Part shown: piece by piece, positions 40,944 to 47,347 of the stretch
Numbering within the stretch: the stretch's first letter is position 1
Layout of the letters: each line of letters starts with the position of its first letter
The notes under the pieces: model-generated
Databases searched by the model: none
What the model was told of the DNA's origin: nothing
The model's input: the letters and a program-made list of their open reading frames with translations, nothing else
DNA from: Phage NC-B
Strand: one strand, 5' to 3'
Length of the DNA: 64,000 bases
Sequence record: MK310183
Made by a program: the position numbers and the translations under genes

Positions 40944-41297
40944 TTATTGGTATATTAAATCTGTGAATGCTTGGTTGTCTTCAACAATATCTAAAGCTTC
41001 ATATGAATCAGCCAATTCATCCACATAAAAGACTGCTGGAATATCTTCTGCTCGTTGTCTACGAGCTTCTCTCTGTTCGTTGCTGTTTCTCTGAACCTGT
41101 GCAAGTTTCATACCCCACACCTGCTCATATAACTCTGGATACTTGTCACTAACCACTACATAGTTTCGAGCTGATTGGTTTCTATTAATCTTCGCTGTCA
41201 ACTCAATAAACTGGCGAAACTCTTGAATAGAGAGGTTGTCATGAATATTATCCCACTTGAGAACGCAGTGACGTTCTAGGCGTTGAGGTACTGGCAT
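40944..41297 (-). CDS. hypothetical protein
   Basis: 117 aa ORF. Confidence 0.5.
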   Translation of the reverse strand: MPVPQRLERHCVLKWDNIHDNLSIQEFRQFIELTAKINRNQSARNYVVVSDKYPELYEQVWGMKLAQVQRNSNEQREARRQRAEDIPAVFYVDELADSYEALDIVEDNQAFTDLIYQ

Positions 41298-41300
41298 AAC

Positions 41301-41558
41301 TTACTCCACTGTAGGGAATGGTTTTAGGTTGTTCATGGCTGTACGAACATCAGCACAGATTTCAGGGTCACGATAAGAGAGGAATTTACCATCCTTACCA
41401 CGAATCATTACATTAGTCCGTGCTGTTTTATTAGGCAATAAAGAAATCCCTTCAATAAGATGGTTGGTAGGGTGTTGTCCTTGATTAACCTTGTAGTCAT
41501 GAGTCTGAGCGTCACCATTAAAGAGATGATCACGAATTTGGATTAAGCTAATCTTCAT
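41301..41558 (-). CDS. hypothetical protein, TARTNV-motif family (paralog 1)
   Basis: …NKTARTNVMIRGKDGKFLSYRD…NLKPFP; start set to ATG 41558. Confidence 0.5.
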   Translation of the reverse strand: MKISLIQIRDHLFNGDAQTHDYKVNQGQHPTNHLIEGISLLPNKTARTNVMIRGKDGKFLSYRDPEICADVRTAMNNLKPFPTVE

Positions 41559-41559
41559 A

Positions 41560-41811
41560 TTATGCACCAAAGTTAGGGAAAGGTTTCAGATTTTCAATAG
41601 ACTTAGCAATACGCTTAGGAACATCCTTATCACGGAAGGAGATGAACTTTCCATCAGGACCACGAAGGGCTACATTAGTACGAGCTGTTGTTTTGTTAAA
41701 CTGAATCATCTCAACAGAGCTTGTAACATTTTCTACAGGAAAAGTATAGCTCTCAGTTGTGTTCAGAGAAGGGAGGAAATCAGTTACAGTGATGTAAGTT
41801 ACTTTAGACAT
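41560..41811 (-). CDS. hypothetical protein, TARTNV-motif family (paralog 2)
   Basis: …NKTTARTNVALRGPDGKFISFRD…NLKPFP; start set to ATG 41811 because GTG 41847 lies inside the terminator. Confidence 0.5.
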   Translation of the reverse strand: MSKVTYITVTDFLPSLNTTESYTFPVENVTSSVEMIQFNKTTARTNVALRGPDGKFISFRDKDVPKRIAKSIENLKPFPNFGA

Positions 41812-41829
41812 ATTTATTACCTTAGGTTC

Positions 41830-41862
41830 TATAAAAGAAAAGGCCACCCGAAATGGGTAGCC
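41830..41862 (-). terminator. rho-independent terminator
   Basis: minus-strand GGCUACCC-AUUUC-GGGUGGCC then UUUUCUUUUAU. Confidence 0.75.
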
Positions 41863-41867
41863 TTATA

Positions 41868-42185
41868 TCAACTTGAGCTTAAAGCTCCTTTGCGACCGCC
41901 TGCTGATTTTCCAGCACGATCTCCACTTTTGCCGCCGTTCGAGCGATTTCGAGAGACTGATTCAACACGTAAGTTACTTGACGCATTAGAACCTCCCGAC
42001 TTGATTGATCGTTTGTGTCCAACATCTTTACCTCGGACAGCAGCTTTTCCATCGCGCTTTTCAACGATGCGACGTGCACGGTGGCGCTGAGCATCTCCGC
42101 TCTTGCTACCAACGCCGGTCTCACCCCTTGCGATTGCAGTTCTTCGTTCTTGTGCATAATCACGTTTCGCCTTATCGGTCATCAT
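41868..42185 (-). CDS. basic Gly/Ser/Arg/Lys-rich low-complexity protein (KGG-repeat-like?)
   Basis: 105 aa ORF with strong TAAGGAG SD; locally GC-rich; a second long ORF (41879..42163) overlaps in another frame. Confidence 0.4.
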   Translation of the reverse strand: MMTDKAKRDYAQERRTAIARGETGVGSKSGDAQRHRARRIVEKRDGKAAVRGKDVGHKRSIKSGGSNASSNLRVESVSRNRSNGGKSGDRAGKSAGGRKGALSSS

Positions 42186-42187
42186 AA

Positions 42188-42217
42188 CTCCTTAATATAT
42201 CAGTGTACACTAAGGAG
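42188..42217 (-). promoter_or_regulatory. SD-sequestering hairpin upstream of 41868..42185
   Basis: inverted repeat CTCCTTA (42188-42194) / TAAGGAG (42211-42217); in the mRNA the anti-SD arm pairs with the SD. Confidence 0.4.
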
Positions 42218-42229
42218 TATACATTATGT

Positions 42230-42967
42230 TTATGATTTTTCAGATTCCATTGCTTTAACAATAGCTTTACAGAAACCTGAACGAACAATATCATCCGATT
42301 CGCCATCTACTAGAGCGGCAAATTCAAATAACTGGTGACGGTAGATGAAATCAGTAGCCCAATCAAGACCGCTCTCACCACGCATGTCGTGCTGGTTAGT
42401 GTCCCCCATACAGAACATCTGAGAGGTTTCACCAAGACGTGTCATGATTGAATATGCTTCATCAGGAGTAGTGTTCTGGAACTCATCAACAATCACGATA
42501 GCATCGTTGAACGAGCGACCACGTAGATATTCCAGAGGTACGAACTCAATATTACCATTACCTACTTGACATTCGTAGAAACCTTTACCGTAGCGCTGAG
42601 TAATAACATCAACGATTGGCATTAGGTATGGTTCAAACTTCTCACGAAGCCCACCGGGAAGTAATCCAAGACTATTACCCATACCAACAGCAGGTCGGCT
42701 TAGGATAATCTTCTCAATCTTCCCACTCTTCAGAGCATCAATCACTGTAGAAGTGATTACGAAGGTCTTACCACAACCAGCAGGAGCATCTGTGAATACA
42801 ACCTGTTTGGTTTTAATTGCATCAAGCAGCTCACTCTGGAATTGGTTCTGAGGTACTACCGGCTTAGCAAGAACTACTTCTTCAAATTCCCGCTTTCCTT
42901 TCTTGGTGACGAGAGCTTCACGACGTAATTCTCTCCGTGATGCTTTCCGAGATTCTCTACGACTCAT
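42230..42967 (-). CDS. phoH: PhoH-like ATPase
   Basis: DAPAGCGKTF Walker A, ILSRPAVGMGNSLGLLPGGLREKFEPY PhoH signature. Confidence 0.85.
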   Translation of the reverse strand: MSRRESRKASRRELRREALVTKKGKREFEEVVLAKPVVPQNQFQSELLDAIKTKQVVFTDAPAGCGKTFVITSTVIDALKSGKIEKIILSRPAVGMGNSLGLLPGGLREKFEPYLMPIVDVITQRYGKGFYECQVGNGNIEFVPLEYLRGRSFNDAIVIVDEFQNTTPDEAYSIMTRLGETSQMFCMGDTNQHDMRGESGLDWATDFIYRHQLFEFAALVDGESDDIVRSGFCKAIVKAMESEKS

Positions 42968-43145
42968 TTCCTACCTCCGTGTTCTTCATATAAGAAGCTA
43001 CAGGATTTACACTCTGAGCAATGGATACCTATAACCTTAATTTCGACAAACTTCTTATTCTTCCCTTTAGTCGGGGAGCCTTTGGCAAGCTCCCGTATTA
43101 CTTTCGAGTCCAAATGGAGAAGAGTTGATTCACATTTAAAACATT

Positions 43146-43466
43146 TCAGATTGATTTGTCCTTATGTAAACGGTATACTTCAGTAGCCATACAAGCTATA
43201 CGCTCGTCATGAGGAAGATGCATACCAGTGGAGCCATTCCATCCATTGAACTCTGAATCAAAGAATCCGATAGGCTCAGGATACATCTCTTGCAAAGTGG
43301 TTAAGTCATCGGCCACTTGTTGCCATTTGTCATCAGACCAGATTGGGTCATCCAACCAATAATACAAATAGGAGTGGATAAGCATCTGTGTTCTGTATCG
43401 TTTAATCACTTCAGCAGGACTAATCTCGTTTCCGTTACCAGTCCTAAATGTATTATCGTTGATCAT
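43146..43466 (-). CDS. hypothetical protein
   Basis: 106 aa ORF. Confidence 0.5.
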   Translation of the reverse strand: MINDNTFRTGNGNEISPAEVIKRYRTQMLIHSYLYYWLDDPIWSDDKWQQVADDLTTLQEMYPEPIGFFDSEFNGWNGSTGMHLPHDERIACMATEVYRLHKDKSI

Positions 43467-43775
43467 TTAGATAACCTTGTGCTCGTAGATGCTGGGGTTG
43501 AAATAATGCAACCAGTTTATATATTGTTTCTGTTCAAGGTAGTGTCTGCAATCATGACAAAAAGCATGACCCAAACCTGTTTCCTCGTTCAGCTTGAAGT
43601 TGATAAGAAGCTTCTGCTTTTGACAGAAGCTACATGCTTTAGTGGGCTTCACGTAGTGCATCCCATGAGATTGGGAAAAGTTTACGAAGCTCTTCATCAA
43701 CAGTTGATGCGAACACTCGTACTTCATACTGAGCATGGTCTGACAGCCGCTGACGACATAACTCTGACCAACCAT
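43467..43775 (-). CDS. hypothetical Zn-ribbon protein (start uncertain)
   Basis: Cys pairs CSFC...CHDC; 5' part overlaps the 3' end of thyX, true start probably internal (ATG at 43697 or 43661). Confidence 0.4.
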   Translation of the reverse strand: MVGQSYVVSGCQTMLSMKYECSHQLLMKSFVNFSQSHGMHYVKPTKACSFCQKQKLLINFKLNEETGLGHAFCHDCRHYLEQKQYINWLHYFNPSIYEHKVI

Positions 43776-44289
43776 ACAAAGAGCCTGTCCACACCCATTC
43801 AGTGATCATGCCCTGAGGCAATACAAATCGAGCTTGCTCTGGAGCAATAAACTTAATTAATTCATCATACGACTCAAGAGCTGTTTCATATGCCCGATTA
43901 ATCAGAACTAGTGCAGAGTTTTGTGCTCCTGTGGTGAGGAGATTCCCCGCACCTGCATGGAGGTCCGAAGGTCTTTCAAAAATCTCTTTAGGGATGAAGA
44001 GTTCAACTGCTCCATCTTTATACCGCCGGGACATTTCGTTCCACGAGAATCCAACTTGATGCTTGCCCAGCTGTCTCGCAATTGCGATTGGCGCTTTGCA
44101 TCGGAAGCTAATTGTCGGATGACGGAATGGTGTGACATGCTTTTCTCTGGCAAGGAACTTGATAAGGCGTTCATCTCGTTCATTTAACTCTCCTTCACGA
44201 GTAACCCCAAAAGAAACTCGAGCTGCATTAACAACAGATTTATCAGAACCCATTGCTTCGATTAGTGTTGCTTGTAATTGTTCATTCAT
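43639..44289 (-). CDS. thyX: flavin-dependent thymidylate synthase ThyX-like (divergent)
   Basis: AARVSFG..., HVTPFRHP, RLSDHAQYEV match ThyX; canonical RHR motif replaced by KHQ (LGKHQVGFSWNEMSRRY). Confidence 0.75.
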   Translation of the reverse strand: MNEQLQATLIEAMGSDKSVVNAARVSFGVTREGELNERDERLIKFLAREKHVTPFRHPTISFRCKAPIAIARQLGKHQVGFSWNEMSRRYKDGAVELFIPKEIFERPSDLHAGAGNLLTTGAQNSALVLINRAYETALESYDELIKFIAPEQARFVLPQGMITEWVWTGSLYGWSELCRQRLSDHAQYEVRVFASTVDEELRKLFPISWDALREAH

Positions 44290-44303
44290 CCTTGAACTCT
44301 TCC

Positions 44304-44519
44304 TTAATAATGAATCTTTTTATAAACCATATTGCTTCCGCCTTCTGTTTCAATCCCTTTCTGAATTGTAATCTTAGAAGCGCCAGTGTTAGCAATTTTC
44401 AAAGCTCGCTTAAATCTGCGAGCCTCTTTCCGTGTGGAGTATGTTGAGAAGCTAGGGATTGTACTATCAAAATTAAACCACTTAACTACCCAAAAAGTAA
44501 TCCAAGGTTTCTTTGCCAT
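44304..44519 (-). CDS. small basic protein, TRKEAR-motif family (paralog 3)
   Basis: 71 aa; shares W.V..W...F.TRKEAR..K and C-terminal Tyr with 46386..46598 and 46598..46813. Confidence 0.5.
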   Translation of the reverse strand: MAKKPWITFWVVKWFNFDSTIPSFSTYSTRKEARRFKRALKIANTGASKITIQKGIETEGGSNMVYKKIHY

Positions 44520-44520
44520 A

Positions 44521-44796
44521 TTACTTACCTTTCAGAGCCGTGTCTAAAAATGCACGGAGATTAGATTCAGTTTGCATACCTGACAAGCTGTAGTGAGCAC
44601 CACTATTCTTATCAGGGACTACAAAGGCTGGGATACTGCGAACACCGTATTCAATAGCTCGCTCTCGACCATCACCTTCAGAGATGTTTACCTCTTCAAC
44701 TTCAACGTTGTAATCAGCCACAACCTTCTTAAACACAGGAGCCATAGCTGCACACGGAGCACATGAATTACTATAAAACTTAATTACTTTACTCAT
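44521..44796 (-). CDS. thioredoxin-like protein
   Basis: VIKFYSNSCAPCAAMAP (CxxC), YGVRSIPAFVV, NLRAFLDTAL; start set to ATG 44796 (AAGGA SD). Confidence 0.7.
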   Translation of the reverse strand: MSKVIKFYSNSCAPCAAMAPVFKKVVADYNVEVEEVNISEGDGRERAIEYGVRSIPAFVVPDKNSGAHYSLSGMQTESNLRAFLDTALKGK

Positions 44797-44986
44797 TCTA
44801 TTCCTTGTTAATAAACAGGTTGATATGACGCTGGGTAGCAGGAACAACAATAAAAGATTTATACTGACCTTTTGCTAAGTCATGAGCAATCTTCTTTGTC
44901 TGACCAAGACCCATCACACAGCCACTAACGATAATGGCATGTGCTTGTAATTCTTCAGGTAGGTTTAGTTTCACTCTTTGGATTCC

Positions 44987-45172
44987 TTATAGCATACAAA
45001 GAATAATAACAAGAGGTAGTGTTATAGCAAAATGTACCAGAACAACACTACCTAGCTTGATAGCTTTAACATCCTCTTCTGCTGGGTTTTCTTTAATTGC
45101 TAAATTTCGAGCTTTATATATAACAGTACCAACTATTAACGACCACACGGCCCACACAATCAGTGAAATCAT
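44987..45172 (-). CDS. small two-TM membrane protein (paralog 1)
   Basis: MISLIVWAVWSLIVGTVIY...KENP...LGSVVLVHFAITLPLVIIL. Confidence 0.5.
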   Translation of the reverse strand: MISLIVWAVWSLIVGTVIYKARNLAIKENPAEEDVKAIKLGSVVLVHFAITLPLVIILCML

Positions 45173-45181
45173 GTCAAACCC

Positions 45182-45361
45182 TTATGCAGTCAACAGGTGG
45201 AGAAGGAAAGGAATGACAACAGAGAAAACTACCAGAGCAATGCTACCATGTTTAATAGGTTTGGCATCATTTGGATTTTCTTTAAGCATCTGTTTCTGAG
45301 CCAGATAAACGATACCACCAACAAGAATTGCCCATACAGACCACACGATTGCTGAAAACAT
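45182..45361 (-). CDS. small two-TM membrane protein (paralog 2)
   Basis: MFSAIVWSVWAILVGGIVY...KENP...HGSIALVVFSVVIPFLLHL; start set to ATG 45361. Confidence 0.5.
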   Translation of the reverse strand: MFSAIVWSVWAILVGGIVYLAQKQMLKENPNDAKPIKHGSIALVVFSVVIPFLLHLLTA

Positions 45362-45424
45362 ATTCATATCCTTATAAAGAAGTTCGCCCCACCTCTTAAA
45401 CAAAGAGACAGGGCGGAGGTTTGA

Positions 45425-46000
45425 TTAGTAAGACACGTCACCACTGGAGTGGGACATGTTGCTCTTGACGAAGTAACAGAACTTGCCAAGACCTTCATTA
45501 ATTTCTTGAAGCATACTCTGATCAACTGGATAGGTGCACAAGTCTGAATCAAACTCGTCCATCTTCTCAATGATACACATAAGAGTCATGCACATGTCGG
45601 AAAGCATACCGTCCATGTCGAGATCAGCGTTACCTTCTCGGAACCAAGCATGACCTAAATAGTTACTAGCAGTAGCATCCACTTTAACACAGTGAAAGCG
45701 CATACGCTCTGCTATTCGGTCGCCTGCCTCACGAGCATAATCTTCTAGTTCATCGAACATACCATGAACACCTTGGAAACCAGCTCCAGAGACGTTCCAG
45801 TGGTAGTTCTTTGCTTTGATGTGTAGAAGTTCAAGGTTAGCTTGCACACCACACAAGATGTGTTCTAAGCTGTTACCACTAATCAGTTTATTCATTCCCT
45901 CAAGACGAGAAATAGAAGAGTCAGTAGTAGAGAATGGGTTGCTAGGACCCACTCTTGTTAGCTCTGGTAAATCGAAGACATTATTATGCATTAGGTGCAT
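45425..46000 (-). CDS. dps: Dps-like ferritin-fold protein
   Basis: LELLHIKAKNYHWNVSGAGFQGVHGMFDELEDYAREAGDRIAERMR closely matches the Dps ferroxidase-centre region (H, H, D, E positions conserved). Confidence 0.8.
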   Translation of the reverse strand: MHLMHNNVFDLPELTRVGPSNPFSTTDSSISRLEGMNKLISGNSLEHILCGVQANLELLHIKAKNYHWNVSGAGFQGVHGMFDELEDYAREAGDRIAERMRFHCVKVDATASNYLGHAWFREGNADLDMDGMLSDMCMTLMCIIEKMDEFDSDLCTYPVDQSMLQEINEGLGKFCYFVKSNMSHSSGDVSY

Positions 46001-46313
46001 CCCCTTCTAAGTTAGTTGAATTAGCTACATTACGAGCAATGTTATCCATGACCTGCTGTGTGATAACAATGCAATTCTGAGGGTCTACTGATTTAGAACG
46101 CCCCATTTCAGGGTCATAGACTTTGACTCGCTTGGCTGTTGAGCCAGTAACTTGCAACACTTTGAGAAGATAACCTTGATTTCCAATAGACCATGCAACA
46201 ACATCACGATTCTTGATATAACGACCAAGCATATCCCGATGATAGAACTGCTGCATAACTTTAGCTTTGCTAATCTCTTCAGATGGCGGAGCCACTTTAC
46301 TCAAATCTAACAT
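45984..46313 (-). CDS. hypothetical protein
   Basis: 109 aa ORF. Confidence 0.5.
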   Translation of the reverse strand: MLDLSKVAPPSEEISKAKVMQQFYHRDMLGRYIKNRDVVAWSIGNQGYLLKVLQVTGSTAKRVKVYDPEMGRSKSVDPQNCIVITQQVMDNIARNVANSTNLEGDAPNA

Positions 46314-46385
46314 TTCACTCTCTCCTGTTTAACACAATATTCTTATACTGTATATACATTTGAGAGTGATCATATCTACTACCAA

Positions 46386-46598
46386 TCAGTAGTAAACATA
46401 TCCAGAGATATATGAGCCTTTATCCCCACTAAACTCAAACCATCGATGCATGTCAGCACGTTTAACCGTACCGACTAGAGCTTTCATATTCTTCTTAGCA
46501 ATACGAGCCTCTTTACGAGTGTTAAACAGTTTGATACTATCTTTACCTAGATGGACACCATCTTCCCAAACAACACGAACAGCCCACATCTTTTTCAT
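46386..46598 (-). CDS. small basic protein, TRKEAR-motif family (paralog 2)
   Basis: MKKMWAVRVVWEDG...FNTRKEARIAKK...SGYVYY. Confidence 0.5.
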   Translation of the reverse strand: MKKMWAVRVVWEDGVHLGKDSIKLFNTRKEARIAKKNMKALVGTVKRADMHRWFEFSGDKGSYISGYVYY

Positions 46599-46813
46599 TA
46601 GTAATGTACCTTTCCGCTGATATAAATACGGCCTGAGGTATACTCATAGCCCTTGAGAATCTTAACAGAGATAAGATATCCAGTGTGTAATTCACTGAAT
46701 GATTTCTTAAGCCTACGTGCATCTTCTCGTGTTTTCTGGTAGGTCATGGTCACACCCCCACTTGTCCACTCTGTCTTAACTAACCAAATTCTTTTCATAA
46801 GACCTGCTCTCAT
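46598..46813 (-). CDS. small basic protein, TRKEAR-motif family (paralog 1)
   Basis: ...WLVKTEW...YQKTREDARRLKK...SGKVHY; stop/start overlap with paralog 2. Confidence 0.5.
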   Translation of the reverse strand: MRAGLMKRIWLVKTEWTSGGVTMTYQKTREDARRLKKSFSELHTGYLISVKILKGYEYTSGRIYISGKVHY

Positions 46814-47347
46814 TTAGACACCCTTAGAAGCAACTACACCTTCGCTACCATTATAGCGACCCTTAACTGCATAGGAATGTTCACCAGCATGTGAATGCTC
46901 AAACATCACCATCTGACCAACACGCATACCAGCACGAACTCGTAAGCTGTGGTGCTTGGTTACGTTATGAAATTCGAATGTCAGCTTGCTGTTGTTAAAC
47001 CCAGCGTCTGCCCAACCAGCATGTAAATGGTTCAGGCCACAACGAGCCATCGAAGATCGCAAAACAAACAAACTGGAGATGTTATCTGGAAGGTTGAACT
47101 CTTCCATTGAGTGAGCCAAGAAGAATTGTCCCGGAGTGATGATAATACCATCTTCAGGGATTTTTACTTCTTTCCACTTGAGGTTTTCTTTAGCATCAAT
47201 GTCAACAATACCATCAGCCTGTTCTTCAACAAGGATAGTATCACCAATGCGGATATCCACGCTAGCAGCGTTAACATATTTATGCTCCGCATCTAAAAAG
47301 CCATTATCAATAACGCTGTGTAATTCTTGAGAACCTAAAAGACTCAT
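46814..47347 (-). CDS. dcd: dCTP deaminase (Dcd/dUTPase superfamily)
   Basis: AASVDIRIGD, RSSMARCGLNHLHAGWADAGF, LRVRAGMRVGQMVMFE match Dcd. Confidence 0.8.
   Translation of the reverse strand: MSLLGSQELHSVIDNGFLDAEHKYVNAASVDIRIGDTILVEEQADGIVDIDAKENLKWKEVKIPEDGIIITPGQFFLAHSMEEFNLPDNISSLFVLRSSMARCGLNHLHAGWADAGFNNSKLTFEFHNVTKHHSLRVRAGMRVGQMVMFEHSHAGEHSYAVKGRYNGSEGVVASKGV

Noticed and set aside
41879-42163. Alternative-frame 94 aa ORF overlapping the basic low-complexity ORF
   Set aside because: Not called as the primary gene because it has a GTG start without an SD, whereas the overlapping frame has a strong SD; kept as a finding because its translation looks protein-like
43317-43805. Forward-strand ORFs inside the minus-strand arm (e.g. 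43317..43805, 44934..45299, 59405..59788, 59852..60187, 63201..63524)
   Set aside because: They lie antisense to better-supported minus-strand genes with recognisable motifs and lack ribosome-binding sites; treated as shadow ORFs
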